39,469 nucleotides of DNA from an uncultured Bacteroidales bacterium (GCA_947179195.1 CAMXAS010000001.1:1-39469), one strand, 5' to 3'; shown: positions 18,978-30,294, counted from the first letter of the stretch. The notes: generated by a model from the letters alone, not told the origin. Made by a program: numbers and translations.

Positions 18978-19603
18978 CAGTATATAACATCAAAGGAGAA
19001 GAGACCGGCAAGAAGGTTGTCTTGAGCGATCTCATAGCCAAGGCCGAGCCGAACGATCACGCCATTTACCTGGACGTGAAACAGTATTTGGCCAACCAAC
19101 GCCAGGGCACGCACAAAAGCAAGGAAAGATCGGAAGTATCCGGCAGTACGCGCAAGTTAGGCCGTCAAAAAGGTGGCGGCGGTGCCCGTCGCGGTGACAT
19201 CAACTCGCCGTTGTTGGTAGGCGGTGGCCGTGTATTCGGTCCGCGTCCGCGTGACTACAGCTTCAAGTTGAACAAGAAGCTGAAACGTCTGGCCCGTATC
19301 TCGGCTTTGGCGTACAAGTTGCAGAACGACGGCATCAAGGTGGTTGACGACATCCAGTTGGCCTCCCACAAGACCAAAGGCATGGTGGAAGTGATGAAAA
19401 ATCTTCAGCTTTCTGAAAAAAAATCGCTTATAGTGCTTTTGGAATCAAATAATTTCGTATCTTTGTCGTCCCGAAATTTGCCGCTCATCAAGGTTGTAAA
19501 TGTTTCAAACTTAAACACTTACGACATCATGAATGCGCAAAATTTGTTGTTTGTAGAGGCTTCGGCCCGCAAACTGGACGAAATGTACGGCCAGGAAGCT
19601 TAG
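18968..19603 (+). CDS. rplD: 50S ribosomal protein L4
   Basis: 211 aa with [12 protein letters not shown], an L4 loop-like motif. It overlaps the rplC end by 10 nt. Confidence 0.96.
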   Translation: MELTVYNIKGEETGKKVVLSDLIAKAEPNDHAIYLDVKQYLANQRQGTHKSKERSEVSGSTRKLGRQKGGGGARRGDINSPLLVGGGRVFGPRPRDYSFKLNKKLKRLARISALAYKLQNDGIKVVDDIQLASHKTKGMVEVMKNLQLSEKKSLIVLLESNNFVSLSSRNLPLIKVVNVSNLNTYDIMNAQNLLFVEASARKLDEMYGQEA

Positions 19604-19628
19604 TCAGAAACCGCTTAAAACGAGAAAA

Positions 19629-19919
19629 ATGAGCATAATAATTAAACCCCTCGTCACTGAGAAGATGACGAAAATCGGTGAGAAGTTAAACCGGGTAGGC
19701 TTTCTCGTAGAAAAAACGGCTAACAAAATCGAGATTAGAAACGCCGTCGAGAGCATGTATAATGTAAAGGTAACGGAAGTGAACACGATGCGTTACGACG
19801 GCAAAGCGAAATCCCGCTACACCAAAGCCGGTTTTATACAAGGCCGCACCAATGCCACGAAAAAGGCCATCGTTACGTTGGCCGAAGGCGATACGATTGA
19901 TTTTTATAGCAATATTTAA
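19629..19919 (+). CDS. rplW: 50S ribosomal protein L23
   Basis: 96 aa: [11 protein letters not shown]... with the L23 N-terminal motif. Position is between L4 and L2. Confidence 0.95.
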   Translation: MSIIIKPLVTEKMTKIGEKLNRVGFLVEKTANKIEIRNAVESMYNVKVTEVNTMRYDGKAKSRYTKAGFIQGRTNATKKAIVTLAEGDTIDFYSNI

Positions 19920-19927
19920 GAAGAGAA

Positions 19928-20752
19928 ATGGCTTTAAAGAAATTCAAACCCACAACGCCAGGTCAGCGTTTCCGCAGCATCAGCACGTTTGAGGAAATCA
20001 CGACCTCCACGCCGGAGAAGAGTCTGTTGGCGCCCGTCCGCAAAAGCGGTGGCCGCAACAACCAGGGCAAAATGACCATGCGCTATATCGGTGGTGGACA
20101 CAAGAGACAATATCGTATTATCGATTTCAAACGGGAGAAAGAAAATATTCCCGCCGTGGTTAAAACCATAGAGTACGACCCCAATCGTACGGCCCGTATC
20201 GCCCTGTTGGTGTATGCCGATGGGGAAAAACGCTATATGTTGGCCCCTCAGGGTTTGCAGGTAGGCCAGCAGGTTTTGTCGGGCAAAGGCATCGCCCCCG
20301 AATTGGGCAATACGCTTTATTTGAGCGAGATTCCTTTCGGTACGTTGATTTACAACATTGAACTGCGTCCCGGTCAGGGTGCCAAGATGGCCCGCAGCGC
20401 CGGTGCTTACGCCCAGTTGATGTCGCGTGAAGACAAATACGCCATCATCAAACTGCCTTCCGGCGAAACGCGCAAGATCCTCCAGGCTTGCAAGGCGACG
20501 GTGGGTGTGGCTTCCAACACGGACCACAGCCTCGAATCCTCCGGTAAGGCCGGTCGCAGCCGCTGGTTGGGCCGCCGTCCGCGCAACCGCGGTGTCGTCA
20601 TGAACCCTGTCGATCACCCGATGGGTGGTGGTGAAGGTCGTGCCTCCGGTGGTCACCCGCGCAGCCGCAAGGGTATGCCGGCCAAGGGCTACAAGACGCG
20701 TCGTCCGAAGAACCGTTCCAACCAGTTCATCATAGAAAGAAGGAAGAAATAA
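19928..20752 (+). CDS. rplB: 50S ribosomal protein L2
   Basis: 274 aa: [12 protein letters not shown]...[13 protein letters not shown]. Confidence 0.98.
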   Translation: MALKKFKPTTPGQRFRSISTFEEITTSTPEKSLLAPVRKSGGRNNQGKMTMRYIGGGHKRQYRIIDFKREKENIPAVVKTIEYDPNRTARIALLVYADGEKRYMLAPQGLQVGQQVLSGKGIAPELGNTLYLSEIPFGTLIYNIELRPGQGAKMARSAGAYAQLMSREDKYAIIKLPSGETRKILQACKATVGVASNTDHSLESSGKAGRSRWLGRRPRNRGVVMNPVDHPMGGGEGRASGGHPRSRKGMPAKGYKTRRPKNRSNQFIIERRKK

Positions 20753-20770
20753 CGCTTAAAAATCAAAGTT

Positions 20771-21049
20771 ATGAGCCGCTCAATTAAAAAAGGTCCATAT
20801 ATCCACTATAAGTTAGAAAAGAAAGTTCTGGCCGCTGCTGAAAGCAAGAAGAAGGTTACGATCAAGACTTGGTCCAGAGCCTCTATGATCTCTCCTGATT
20901 TTGTAGGACAGACCATCGCCGTGCACAATGGCAACAAATTCATCCCGGTTTACGTGACCGAAAACATGGTAGGCCACAAGCTGGGTGAATTCGCCCCCAC
21001 CCGTATTTTCCGCGGGCACGCCGGCAACAAGGACAAAGGAAAAAAGTAA
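20771..21049 (+). CDS. rpsS: 30S ribosomal protein S19
   Basis: 92 aa: [11 protein letters not shown]...[26 protein letters not shown]. Confidence 0.97.
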   Translation: MSRSIKKGPYIHYKLEKKVLAAAESKKKVTIKTWSRASMISPDFVGQTIAVHNGNKFIPVYVTENMVGHKLGEFAPTRIFRGHAGNKDKGKK

Positions 21050-21073
21050 TCATCCTAAGAAAAAGAAAGAACA

Positions 21074-21517
21074 ATGGGATCGAGAAAACGCATTCGCGCA
21101 GAACAGTTGAAAGAGCAGAAAAAGACGCTCTATATGGCGAAGTTGAACAACAACCCCACTTCGCCGCGTAAGACGAGATATACCGCCGATTTGATTCGGG
21201 GACTGGACGTTGACAAAGCGCTGGCCATCTTGCAATACAGCCACCGTGAAGCGGCGCCGAAACTGCACAAACTCCTGCGTTCGGCCATCGCCAACTGGCA
21301 GAACAAGAACGAAGGCCTCCGCATGGAAGACGCCAAACTGTACGTCAAGGAAATCTTCGTTGACGGCGGCGTACAGCTCAAACGCCTCCGTCCGGCGCCC
21401 CAAGGCAGAGGTTACCGCATCAGAAAGCGTTCCAACCACGTGACGCTCATCCTGGGTAGCCGTGTGGCCCAGCCCGAACAAGTAAAGGAAGTTGAATCAG
21501 AATCTGAAAACAAGTAG
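21074..21517 (+). CDS. rplV: 50S ribosomal protein L22
   Basis: 147 aa. It has the L22 core with an acidic C-terminal tail. Position is between S19 and S3. Confidence 0.94.
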   Translation: MGSRKRIRAEQLKEQKKTLYMAKLNNNPTSPRKTRYTADLIRGLDVDKALAILQYSHREAAPKLHKLLRSAIANWQNKNEGLRMEDAKLYVKEIFVDGGVQLKRLRPAPQGRGYRIRKRSNHVTLILGSRVAQPEQVKEVESESENK

Positions 21518-21520
21518 ATA

Positions 21521-22255
21521 ATGGGACAGAAGACAAACCCTATAGGCAATAGATTGGGAATCGTTAGAGGTTGGGATTCCAATTGGTTCGGCGGTCGTAA
21601 ATTCGAAGCCAAACTCGTAGAAGACGATAAAATCCGCAAATACCTCAACGCGCGTTTGATCAAGGCCGGTATTTCCAAAATCCAGATCGAGCGCACGCTG
21701 AAATTGGTGACCATTACTATTTTCACGGCGAAGCCCGGTGTCATCATCGGCAAGGCCGGTCAGGAAGTGGACAAACTGAAGGAAGAGTTGAAGAAACTCA
21801 CCCAGAAGGAAATCCAAATCAACATTTCGGAAGTGAAACGTCCGGAATTGGATGCCGTTATCGTGGCTTCCTCGATCGCGCGTCAGCTGGAAGGCCGCGT
21901 GTCCTACCGCAAGGCCATCAAGATGGCGATTACCTCGGCCATGAGAATGGGTGCCGAAGGTATCAAGATTCAGATTTCCGGTCGTTTGGGCGGTGCCGAA
22001 ATGGCGCGTACCGAACACTTCAAGGAAGGCCGTACGCCGCTCCACACGCTCCGTGCCGACATCGACTACGCTTTGAACGAAGCGCACACGACCTATGGCC
22101 GTTTGGGCATCAAGGTTTGGATTTGCCGCGGCATCATCTACGGCAAGCGCGATTTGACGAGCAACTTCGGTGCAGCCGCTACCAACGGTAAGGAATTCGG
22201 CGGTCGCAGCAATGCGTCCAACCGTCCGATGGGTGGCAGAAGAAAAAAACAATAA
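21521..22255 (+). CDS. rpsC: 30S ribosomal protein S3
   Basis: 244 aa: [14 protein letters not shown]... Confidence 0.97.
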   Translation: MGQKTNPIGNRLGIVRGWDSNWFGGRKFEAKLVEDDKIRKYLNARLIKAGISKIQIERTLKLVTITIFTAKPGVIIGKAGQEVDKLKEELKKLTQKEIQINISEVKRPELDAVIVASSIARQLEGRVSYRKAIKMAITSAMRMGAEGIKIQISGRLGGAEMARTEHFKEGRTPLHTLRADIDYALNEAHTTYGRLGIKVWICRGIIYGKRDLTSNFGAAATNGKEFGGRSNASNRPMGGRRKKQ

Positions 22256-22295
22256 GAGCGTAAGCGTTAGTTCAACATTTTAATACGATACAGAA

Positions 22296-22718
22296 ATGTT
22301 ACAACCAAAGAAAACCAAGTTCAGGAAACAGCAGAAAGGCAAAATCAAAGGCAACACCAAGCGGGGTGCCGAAATCGCTTTCGGTTCTTTCGCGCTGAAG
22401 GCGTTGGAGCCGGCGCTGTTGACCGGACGTCAGATAGAAGCCGCCCGTCAGGCCATGACCCGTTATATGAAACGTGAGGGTCAGTTGTGGATCCGCATTT
22501 TCCCCGATAAGCCTATCACCAAAAAGCCGAACGAAGTACGTATGGGTAAGGGTAAAGGTGCGCCGGAATACTTCGTGGCGCGCATCGCTCCCGGTCGTAT
22601 CCTGTTCGAAGCCGACGGCGTTTCGGAAGAAATCGCGAAGGAAGCCTTGCGGTTGGCGGCCCAAAAACTGCCTATCGCGGTGAAATTTATCGTTAGAAGA
22701 GATTACGTACCCGAATAA
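22296..22718 (+). CDS. rplP: 50S ribosomal protein L16
   Basis: 140 aa: [15 protein letters not shown]... Confidence 0.97.
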   Translation: MLQPKKTKFRKQQKGKIKGNTKRGAEIAFGSFALKALEPALLTGRQIEAARQAMTRYMKREGQLWIRIFPDKPITKKPNEVRMGKGKGAPEYFVARIAPGRILFEADGVSEEIAKEALRLAAQKLPIAVKFIVRRDYVPE

Positions 22719-22731
22719 CAAGCGTTTAGCC

Positions 22732-22929
22732 ATGAAGACTGAATTAGTAGTAAAAGAATTGTCTACGCCCGAGCTCAAGGATCGCTTGGATGTGGAAACC
22801 GCGGAACTGAACAGAATGAAATTGAATCATGCTATTTCGCCTGTTGAGAATCCCAACCTGATAAAGAAACATAAAAGAACCATTGCCCGCATTCTCACGG
22901 AACTGCGTCGTAGGGAAATGGCTGTATAA
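22732..22929 (+). CDS. rpmC: 50S ribosomal protein L29
   Basis: 65 aa with L29-like helical sequence (ELSTPELKDRL...). Position is between L16 and S17. Confidence 0.92.
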   Translation: MKTELVVKELSTPELKDRLDVETAELNRMKLNHAISPVENPNLIKKHKRTIARILTELRRREMAV

Positions 22930-22948
22930 CGCTTAAGAAACCGACAAG

Positions 22949-23203
22949 ATGGAAAGAAACTTAAGAAAAGAGAGAATAGGTGTTGTGGTAAGCAACAAAA
23001 TGCAGAAAACCATTACTGTTTTGGTTGAACGCAAGACCAAGCACCCTATCTATGGTAAATTCGTAAAGAAATCTACCAAGTTTACGGCTCACGACGAAAA
23101 GAACGAGTGCAATGAAGGCGATACCGTTCGCATCATGGAAACCCGGCCGTTGAGCAAGAACAAATGTTGGAGATTAGTTGAAATCATTGAAAGAGCTAAA
23201 TAA
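22949..23203 (+). CDS. rpsQ: 30S ribosomal protein S17
   Basis: 84 aa: [19 protein letters not shown]...[23 protein letters not shown]. Confidence 0.95.
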   Translation: MERNLRKERIGVVVSNKMQKTITVLVERKTKHPIYGKFVKKSTKFTAHDEKNECNEGDTVRIMETRPLSKNKCWRLVEIIERAK

Positions 23204-23205
23204 TT

Positions 23206-23574
23206 ATGATACAGCAAGAAACAAGGCTTAGTGTTGCCGACAACAGCGGTGCCAAATCCGTGCTCTGCATTCGTGTACTCGGCGGCACCAAAAGAAGATA
23301 CGCCAGCGTGGGCGATAAGATTATCGTTTCCATTAAAGACGCCCTTCCTTCCGGTAACGTCAAGAAAGGTACCGTGTCCAAGGCTGTGGTCGTGAGAACG
23401 ACGAAGGAAGTCCGTCGTGCGGATGGCTCTTACATCCGGTTCGACGACAACGCCGTCGTACTGCTCACCGCCAACGAGGAAATGCGTGGCACCCGTATCT
23501 TCGGACCTGTAGCCCGCGAATTGAGAGAAAAACAATTTATGAAGATTGTTTCACTGGCACCTGAAGTGCTTTAA
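23206..23574 (+). CDS. rplN: 50S ribosomal protein L14
   Basis: 122 aa: [17 protein letters not shown]... Confidence 0.98.
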   Translation: MIQQETRLSVADNSGAKSVLCIRVLGGTKRRYASVGDKIIVSIKDALPSGNVKKGTVSKAVVVRTTKEVRRADGSYIRFDDNAVVLLTANEEMRGTRIFGPVARELREKQFMKIVSLAPEVL

Positions 23575-23586
23575 AATTTTATACGC

Positions 23587-23904
23587 ATGAAATTACACAT
23601 CAAAAAAGGAGACACGGTAAAGGTGTTGGCCGGTGACGATAAGGGCAAGCAAGGTAAGGTCCTGCTCGTGGACACCGAAAAACAACGCGCCACCGTCGAG
23701 GGGGTGAACTTTGTTTCCAAGCACACGAAGCCCAATGCCAAGAATCCGCAAGGCGGCATCATCAAGAAAGAGGCGCCGTTGCATATTTCCAACCTCATGG
23801 TCGTGGACAGCAAGGGTACGGCTTCGAGAATCGGGCGGAAATTGGATGAAAAGACACAAAAATCAGTTCGTTACTCTAAAAAATCAGGGGAGGTAATTAA
23901 ATAA
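23587..23904 (+). CDS. rplX: 50S ribosomal protein L24
   Basis: 105 aa: [25 protein letters not shown] (KOW motif). Confidence 0.96.
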   Translation: MKLHIKKGDTVKVLAGDDKGKQGKVLLVDTEKQRATVEGVNFVSKHTKPNAKNPQGGIIKKEAPLHISNLMVVDSKGTASRIGRKLDEKTQKSVRYSKKSGEVIK

Positions 23905-24458
23905 TGAATTATTCGCCTAGACTTAAAGAAAAGTATCAGAAAGAGATCATACCGGCTTTGACGAAGGAATTCCAGTACAAGTCGGTTATGCAAGTACCCC
24001 GCCTGACGAAGATTTGTCTGAACCAGGGCTTGGGTGTGGCTATCGCCGACAAGAAGCTCATCGACCTCGGCATCGAGGAGATGACGGCCATCAGCGGCCA
24101 GCGTGCCGTAGCCACGAAGTCGAAAAAGGATATTTCGAACTTCAAGGTACGTAAAGGTATGCCGATTGGCGTTCGCGTCACGTTGCGCGGCGACAAGATG
24201 TATGAATTCCTGGATCGTTTGATTTCCGTCGCCATTCCCCGTATCCGCGACTTCCGCGGTATTTCCGACAAGGGTCTGGACGGTAAGGGTAACTTCTCCT
24301 TCGGTATCACCGAACAGATTATCTTCCCGGAAATCAACATCGACAAAGTAAGTAAGATTTGTGGTATGGACATCACGTTCGTCACGACGGCCAATTCCGA
24401 CAAGGAAGCTTACGCGCTCCTGAAAGAATTCGGTATGCCCTTCCAAAAACACAACTAA
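23904..24458 (+). CDS. rplE: 50S ribosomal protein L5
   Basis: 184 aa: [15 protein letters not shown]...FRGI..K..DG.GN. It shares a TAATG overlap with the rplX stop. Confidence 0.97.
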   Translation: MNYSPRLKEKYQKEIIPALTKEFQYKSVMQVPRLTKICLNQGLGVAIADKKLIDLGIEEMTAISGQRAVATKSKKDISNFKVRKGMPIGVRVTLRGDKMYEFLDRLISVAIPRIRDFRGISDKGLDGKGNFSFGITEQIIFPEINIDKVSKICGMDITFVTTANSDKEAYALLKEFGMPFQKHN

Positions 24459-24473
24459 TAAGAGGACGCAATT

Positions 24474-24743
24474 ATGGCAAAAGAATCAATGAAGGCCCGC
24501 GAGTTGAAAAGACAGCAACTTGTGGCGAAATATGCTCAGAAGCGCGCTGAATTAAAGAAAGCCGGAGACTACGAAGCGCTCCAGAGAATCCCGAAGAACG
24601 CTTCTCCCGTACGTCTGCACAACCGTTGCAAACTGACCGGACGTCCCAAAGGCTATATGCGTACTTTCGGTATTTCCCGTATCAACTTCCGGGAAATGGC
24701 CCTGCAAGGCTTGATTCCGGGCGTAAAGAAAGCCAGTTGGTAA
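24474..24743 (+). CDS. rpsN: 30S ribosomal protein S14 (long, non-zinc form)
   Basis: 89 aa: [13 protein letters not shown]...[25 protein letters not shown]. It has no CxxC pairs. Confidence 0.96.
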   Translation: MAKESMKARELKRQQLVAKYAQKRAELKKAGDYEALQRIPKNASPVRLHNRCKLTGRPKGYMRTFGISRINFREMALQGLIPGVKKASW

Positions 24744-24776
24744 GCTATTCGTTAAATCTAAAAAAGAGAAAAGAAA

Positions 24777-25172
24777 ATGGTTACAGATCCTATTGCAGAT
24801 TTTCTAACACGGATTAGAAATGCCAATATGGCCAAGCATAAACTGTTGGAAGTTCCCTCCTCCAAAATGAAACTGGAGATTGCCCGCATTCTGTTCGAAA
24901 AGGGCTATATCGCCAACTTCAAGTTGGAAGAAGGTGAAAAGCCGACGTTGAAAATCGCTTTGAAGTATCACCCCGCCACGAAACTGCCGGCCATCCACTC
25001 GATTGTCCGCGTGAGCAAGCCGGGTCTGCGTAAGTACGCCGACACCGAAAACCTGCCCCGCGTCATGAACGGCCTGGGCATCGCCATCCTCTCCACCTCC
25101 AAAGGTCTGATGACCGACAAGGAAGCGCGCAAGGAAAACGTAGGCGGTGAAGTTATTTGTTACATCAGCTAA
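24777..25172 (+). CDS. rpsH: 30S ribosomal protein S8
   Basis: 131 aa: [14 protein letters not shown]... Confidence 0.97.
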   Translation: MVTDPIADFLTRIRNANMAKHKLLEVPSSKMKLEIARILFEKGYIANFKLEEGEKPTLKIALKYHPATKLPAIHSIVRVSKPGLRKYADTENLPRVMNGLGIAILSTSKGLMTDKEARKENVGGEVICYIS

Positions 25173-25185
25173 ATAAGATAAAACC

Positions 25186-25749
25186 ATGTCAAGAATTGGT
25201 AAAGCTCCCATCAATATTCCGAACGGCGTAACGGTCAGCGTAGCCGCGAACAACCTCGTGACGGTAAAGGGCCCCAAAGGCGAACTCTCCCGTCTCGTGG
25301 ATCCGGACATTACGGTTCAGGTCGATACCGAAGCCAAACAGGTGCACGTTCAGCGTCCCACCGACCAGAAGCGTCACCGTTCGCTCCACGGCCTTTACAG
25401 AGCCTTGTTGAACAACATGGTCGTAGGCGTTTCCGAAGGTTACAAGGTAACGATGGAAATCGTCGGTGTAGGTTACAGAGCCACGGTCAACGGACAGTTG
25501 CTCGACCTGGCCTTGGGTTTCTCGCACAACCTTTTCCTGGAACTGCCGAAGGAAATCAAAGCCTCCGCTACGGCCGAAAAAGGTAAGAACCCCACGCTGA
25601 CGCTCGAATCCTACGACAAGGAACTGCTGGGTATGGTCTGCGCCAAAATCCGTTCCTACCGTAAGCCCGAACCCTACAAAGGCAAAGGTATCAAGTTCGA
25701 AGGTGAAGTACTGCGCAGAAAAGCCGGTAAGTCGGCCAGCAGCAAATAG
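25186..25749 (+). CDS. rplF: 50S ribosomal protein L6
   Basis: 187 aa: MSRIGKAPINIPNGVTV... Confidence 0.97.
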   Translation: MSRIGKAPINIPNGVTVSVAANNLVTVKGPKGELSRLVDPDITVQVDTEAKQVHVQRPTDQKRHRSLHGLYRALLNNMVVGVSEGYKVTMEIVGVGYRATVNGQLLDLALGFSHNLFLELPKEIKASATAEKGKNPTLTLESYDKELLGMVCAKIRSYRKPEPYKGKGIKFEGEVLRRKAGKSASSK

Positions 25750-25776
25750 TAGTGAATTTATAAACAGATTAGCAAG

Positions 25777-26130
25777 ATGGCTATTACGAAATCATATAGA
25801 AGAGCACGCATTAAGATGCGTATTCGCAAAAAAGTATATGGCAGACAGGACATGCCGCGTTTGAGCGTATATCGTAGCAACAAGGATATCTACGCCCAGA
25901 TCATCAACGATGCCGAAGGTAAGACTTTGGTCGCCGCGTCTTCGAGAGAAAAGGAATTCAGCGCTACCGGCAGCAAGAGCGAGAAGGCTCAGGCCGTCGG
26001 CAAACTGCTGGCCGAAAGGGCGCAAGCCGCCGGTATCAGCCGGGTTGTGTTCGACAGAAACGGTTATTTGTATCACGGACGTGTAAAATCTTTGGCCGAT
26101 GCCGCCAGAGAAGCGGGTCTTAAATTCTAA
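25777..26130 (+). CDS. rplR: 50S ribosomal protein L18
   Basis: 117 aa: [18 protein letters not shown]...[22 protein letters not shown]. Confidence 0.96.
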   Translation: MAITKSYRRARIKMRIRKKVYGRQDMPRLSVYRSNKDIYAQIINDAEGKTLVAASSREKEFSATGSKSEKAQAVGKLLAERAQAAGISRVVFDRNGYLYHGRVKSLADAAREAGLKF

Positions 26131-26141
26131 GGAGAACAACC

Positions 26142-26660
26142 ATGACAGACGCAAACGTAAAAAGAGTAAAATCGAGCGAAATCGAGTTTCAAGATAGATT
26201 GGTAAGCATCCAGCGCGTTACGAAAGTAACGAAGGGCGGTCGTACTTTCAGCTTCTCCGCCATCGTGGTGGTAGGTAACGGCAATGGCGTTATCGGCTAC
26301 GGTTTGGGTAAGGCGAAGGAAGTGCAGGCGGCCATCCAGAAAGGTGTGGACGATGCCAAGAAGAACCTGATTAAAGTGCCCGTGCTGAAAGGTACGTTGC
26401 CGCACGAACAGTACGGCAAGTACAGCGGTGCCAAAGTTTTCCTCAAACCGGCCTCCCCCGGTACCGGTGTTATCGCCGGTGGTGCCATGCGTGCCGTATT
26501 GGAAAGCGTCGGCGTAAAAGACGTATTGGCCAAATCCAAAGGCTCCTCCAACCCGCACTCCGTGGTTAAGGCGACGATCGACGCGCTGATGCAGATGCGG
26601 GATCCCTACACGGTAGCTCAGTTGAGAGGTATTGAATTGGATAAAGTGTTTAACGGCTAA
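26142..26660 (+). CDS. rpsE: 30S ribosomal protein S5
   Basis: 172 aa: [39 protein letters not shown]. An AAGGAG motif sits 7 nt upstream of the ATG. Confidence 0.97.
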   Translation: MTDANVKRVKSSEIEFQDRLVSIQRVTKVTKGGRTFSFSAIVVVGNGNGVIGYGLGKAKEVQAAIQKGVDDAKKNLIKVPVLKGTLPHEQYGKYSGAKVFLKPASPGTGVIAGGAMRAVLESVGVKDVLAKSKGSSNPHSVVKATIDALMQMRDPYTVAQLRGIELDKVFNG

Positions 26661-26686
26661 TCGGGCCACAAAGAGAAGTAAAGACA

Positions 26687-26866
26687 ATGAAAAAGGTTAA
26701 GTTAACGCAAATCAAGAGCGGTATCGACCGGCCCCTCCGTCAGAAAAGAACGTTGGAAGCCTTGAAACTGGGTCGCATAGGCAAGACGGCCGTTGTGGAA
26801 TGCACGCCGCAGATTGAAGGCATGATTGCCAAGATCAGTCACTTGGTAAGCATTGAAGAAGCTTAA
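26687..26866 (+). CDS. rpmD: 50S ribosomal protein L30
   Basis: Absent from the ORF track because it is under 60 aa. Manual translation gives 59 aa: MKKVKLTQIKSGIDRPLRQKRTLEALKLGRIGKTAVVECTPQIEGMIAKISHLVSIEEA. It occupies the expected slot between rpsE and rplO. Confidence 0.93.
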   Translation: MKKVKLTQIKSGIDRPLRQKRTLEALKLGRIGKTAVVECTPQIEGMIAKISHLVSIEEA

Positions 26867-26894
26867 TAACTAATCGAGAAAAACAACAAGAGAT

Positions 26895-27344
26895 ATGAAC
26901 TTATCGAATTTAGCACCTGCCAAGGGTTCCGTTAAGACAAACAAACGTTTGGGCCGCGGTTACGGCTCCGGTCACGGTAAGACGGCCGGCAGAGGTCATA
27001 AAGGCGCTCAGTCCCGTTCCGGCTATAGCCGCAAGATCGGCTTCGAAGGCGGTCAGATGCCTCTTTATCGGCGTGTGCCCAAATTTGGCTTCAAGAATAT
27101 CAACCGTGTGGAATACACGGCCGTAAACTTAGATACGTTGGAAAAACTGGCTGCCGAACACCAGCTCAAGCAGATTGACCCGACGGTTCTCGCCGCCCAC
27201 GGCTTGGTAGGCAAGAAGGATTTGGTCAAGGTGCTGGGCCGCGGCGAACTCAAGAGCGCTTTGGAAGTGAAAGCCCACGCTTTCTCCGAAAAAGCCAAGG
27301 CCGCCGTTGAAGCCTGCGGAGGCACCATCACGACGATCGCTTAA
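26895..27344 (+). CDS. rplO: 50S ribosomal protein L15
   Basis: 149 aa: L..L.PAKGS.K..KR.GRG.GSG.GKT.GRGHKG. Confidence 0.96.
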   Translation: MNLSNLAPAKGSVKTNKRLGRGYGSGHGKTAGRGHKGAQSRSGYSRKIGFEGGQMPLYRRVPKFGFKNINRVEYTAVNLDTLEKLAAEHQLKQIDPTVLAAHGLVGKKDLVKVLGRGELKSALEVKAHAFSEKAKAAVEACGGTITTIA

Positions 27345-27364
27345 AGTTTACAAAGAACAACACC

Positions 27365-28726
27365 ATGAAAAGATTCATTGAAACGATAAAGAACATCTTC
27401 AAGATAGAGGAACTGCGCAAGCGCATCCTCTACACCTTGGGGATTATCGTCATTTATCGTATCGGCTCCTTCATCGTACTGCCGGGCATCGACCCGACGC
27501 AGTTGGCGAATCTGCAGAGCCAGACGAGCGACGGGTTGCTGGGCTTGTTGAACATGTTCTCCGGCGGCGCGTTCTCGAACGCTTCCGTATTCGCGCTGGG
27601 TATCATGCCGTACATCTCGGCCTCCATCATCATCCAGTTGTTCGGGATGGCTATCCCCTACTTCCAGAAGTTGCAGAAGGAGGGCGAAAGCGGCCGTCGT
27701 AAGATGAATCAGATTACGCGCGTCCTGACCATCGCCGTTACGGCCTTGCAGGCGCCCGCCTATCTGACCAACCTGACGACGCAGTTGCCCGCCGAAGCGT
27801 TCATCCCGTTCAACGGCGCCAACCCCGGCGTGTTCTTCTGGGTTTCGTCCTGCATCCTGCTGACGGCCGGCACGCTGTTCGTCATGTGGTTGGGCGAACG
27901 CATCACCGACAACGGTATCGGCAACGGTATCTCGCTCATCATCATGATCGGTATCATCGCGCGTCTGCCTTTCGCGCTGTTCGGGGAATTCGTTTCCCGT
28001 CTCGAACAGCAGGGCGGCGGTTTGGTGGTCTTCCTGTTGGAGCTCGTCGTCTTGATCGTGGTTATCCTCTTGTGCATCCTGCTCGTCCAGGGTACGCGCA
28101 GAATCCCCGTTCAGTACGCGAAACGCATTGTCGGCAACAAACAGTACGGCGGTGTACGCCAGTATCTGCCGTTGAAGGTCAATGCGGCCGGCGTTATGCC
28201 GATTATCTTCGCGCAGGCCATTATGTTCATCCCCGTCACGATTGCAGGTTTCGCCTCGCCCGAATCGGTCAACTCCGGTTTTTGGCGCGTGTTCATGGAT
28301 TTCAACAGCTTCTGGTATAACTTCGTCTTCGCGCTCATGATCATCGTGTTCACGTATTTCTATACGGCCATCACGATGAACTCGCAGCAGATTGCCGAAG
28401 ACCTGAAGAAGAACGGCGGTTTCATCCCCGGCATCAAGCCCGGCAAACGGACGGCGGAATTCATCGACGACGTGATTTCGCACATCACGCTGCCCGGCTC
28501 CATCTTCCTCGCGATTGTGGCCATTTTGCCGGCCATCGTGCGGATGTTCGGCGTCAGCACGCAGTTCGCCCAATTCTACGGCGGTACCTCGCTGTTGATT
28601 TTGGTCGGCGTCGTGCTCGATACGTTACAACAGATTGAAAGCCATCTTTTGATGCGCCACTACGACGGTTTGACGAAGTCGGGCCGCATCAAGGGACGGA
28701 TGGGCAGCGCTTACGGCGTGGCCTGA
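27365..28726 (+). CDS. secY: Preprotein translocase subunit SecY
   Basis: 453 aa polytopic protein with LGIMPYISASIIIQL and typical SecY TM2/plug-region sequence. Position after rplO is conserved. Confidence 0.97.
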   Translation: MKRFIETIKNIFKIEELRKRILYTLGIIVIYRIGSFIVLPGIDPTQLANLQSQTSDGLLGLLNMFSGGAFSNASVFALGIMPYISASIIIQLFGMAIPYFQKLQKEGESGRRKMNQITRVLTIAVTALQAPAYLTNLTTQLPAEAFIPFNGANPGVFFWVSSCILLTAGTLFVMWLGERITDNGIGNGISLIIMIGIIARLPFALFGEFVSRLEQQGGGLVVFLLELVVLIVVILLCILLVQGTRRIPVQYAKRIVGNKQYGGVRQYLPLKVNAAGVMPIIFAQAIMFIPVTIAGFASPESVNSGFWRVFMDFNSFWYNFVFALMIIVFTYFYTAITMNSQQIAEDLKKNGGFIPGIKPGKRTAEFIDDVISHITLPGSIFLAIVAILPAIVRMFGVSTQFAQFYGGTSLLILVGVVLDTLQQIESHLLMRHYDGLTKSGRIKGRMGSAYGVA

Positions 28727-28739
28727 TAAAAGTCGTAAA

Positions 28740-29519
28740 ATGATACGCACCTACTCACCTGAAGAGATAGAAAAAATCAGGGAAAGTTCATTGCTGGTAG
28801 GCAAGACGCTGGCGGAAGTCGCCAAAGTCATCGCCCCCGGCGTTAAAACAATGGAATTGGAACGCGTGGCCGACGCTTACATCCGGTCGGTCGGCGGTGT
28901 TCCCGGCTTCAAGGGCTACGAAGGGTTCCCCTACGCGCTCTGCATCTCGGTCAACGAGATGGTCGTACACGGTTATCCGAGCGAGTACGAACTGAAGGAG
29001 GGCGACATCGTTTCGGTGGACTGCGGCGTTTATAAGAACGGCTTCCACGGCGACTCCGCCTATACGTTCGCCGTGGGCGAAGTATCGGAACCGGTCCGCC
29101 GCCTGATGGAAGACACGAAGGCGTCGCTCTACGAAGGCATCAAACAGGCCGTGGCCGGCAACCGTACCGGCGACATCGGCTGGGCGATACAGCAGTACAC
29201 GGAGTCGCGGGGCTACGGCGTGGTGCGCGAACTTTGCGGACACGGCGTGGGCGAAAAGCTGCACGACAAGCCGGACGTGCCCAACTTCGGGCACCGCGGT
29301 TGCGGCACCAAGCTCAAGGCCAACAGCGTCATCGCGATAGAACCGATGATTACGCTCGGCAAACGCCACATCGGCCTGCAATCCAACGGTTGGGGTATCT
29401 ACACGTTGGACGGCCAGCCGGCGGCGCACTACGAACACGACGTTCTGATTACGAAAGAGGGACCCGATGTTTTATCGAGTTTCGACGAAATTGAAGCAGT
29501 ATTAAACAGTAAACATTAA
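28740..29519 (+). CDS. map: Methionine aminopeptidase, type I
   Basis: 259 aa with a pita-bread fold metal-ligand context (VSVDCG...DSAYTF, CGHGVG, IEPM, YEHDV). Confidence 0.95.
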   Translation: MIRTYSPEEIEKIRESSLLVGKTLAEVAKVIAPGVKTMELERVADAYIRSVGGVPGFKGYEGFPYALCISVNEMVVHGYPSEYELKEGDIVSVDCGVYKNGFHGDSAYTFAVGEVSEPVRRLMEDTKASLYEGIKQAVAGNRTGDIGWAIQQYTESRGYGVVRELCGHGVGEKLHDKPDVPNFGHRGCGTKLKANSVIAIEPMITLGKRHIGLQSNGWGIYTLDGQPAAHYEHDVLITKEGPDVLSSFDEIEAVLNSKH

Positions 29520-29522
29520 ACT

Positions 29523-29741
29523 ATGGCCAAACAGGCATCCATACAACAAGATGGTACGGTGATCGAATCGCTCGGCAACGCCATGTTCCGCGTGGAATTG
29601 GAAAACGGGCACACGGTCATCGCCCATATCTCCGGCAAGATGAGAATGCACTACATCAAAATCCTGCCGGGCGATCGGGTCCAATTGGAGATGTCGCCAT
29701 ACGATTTAAGCAAAGCCAGAATTGTTTTTAGACACAAATAA
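29523..29741 (+). CDS. infA: Translation initiation factor IF-1
   Basis: 72 aa: [61 protein letters not shown]. Confidence 0.97.
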   Translation: MAKQASIQQDGTVIESLGNAMFRVELENGHTVIAHISGKMRMHYIKILPGDRVQLEMSPYDLSKARIVFRHK

Positions 29742-29753
29742 CCAACTTAAGTC

Positions 29754-29870
29754 ATGAAAGTAAGACCGTCTGTTAAAAAGAGATCGCCCGAATGCAAGAT
29801 TGTAAGAAGAAAGGGACGTATCTACATTATTAACAAGAAAAACCCGAAGCTTAAACAAAGACAAGGTTAA
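29754..29870 (+). CDS. rpmJ: 50S ribosomal protein L36 (Cys-poor, zinc-independent type)
   Basis: Absent from the ORF track. Manual translation gives 38 aa: [38 protein letters not shown]. It occupies the conserved slot between infA and rpsM. Confidence 0.93.
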   Translation: MKVRPSVKKRSPECKIVRRKGRIYIINKKNPKLKQRQG

Positions 29871-29908
29871 GCCGCGGACTGGATTAGTAATTTTATAAAC
29901 AATAGGAT

Positions 29909-30289
29909 ATGGCAAGAATTGCAGGTATAGACCTACCGAACAACAAAAGAGGCGAAATCGGCCTGACTTATATCTACGGTATCGGCAGAAGCACGGCACG
30001 CAAGATTTTGGCCGCTACCGGTATCGACTTCAACAAGAAAGTACAGGATTGGAACGATGACGAATTGGGCAAAATCCGTACTTACATCGGCGACGAACTG
30101 AAGGTGGAAGGCGCGCTCCGTTCCGAAGTGCAGACCAACATCAAACGTTTGATGGATATAGGTTGCTACCGTGGTATCCGCCATCGTCTGGGTCTGCCGT
30201 TGAGAGGCCAGAGCACGAAGAACAACGCGCGTACGAGAAAAGGCAAGAAAAAGACGGTTGCCAACAAGAAGAAAGCGCCCAAGGGCTAA
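29909..30289 (+). CDS. rpsM: 30S ribosomal protein S13
   Basis: 126 aa: [23 protein letters not shown]... Confidence 0.97.
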   Translation: MARIAGIDLPNNKRGEIGLTYIYGIGRSTARKILAATGIDFNKKVQDWNDDELGKIRTYIGDELKVEGALRSEVQTNIKRLMDIGCYRGIRHRLGLPLRGQSTKNNARTRKGKKKTVANKKKAPKG

Positions 30290-30294
30290 GATTA

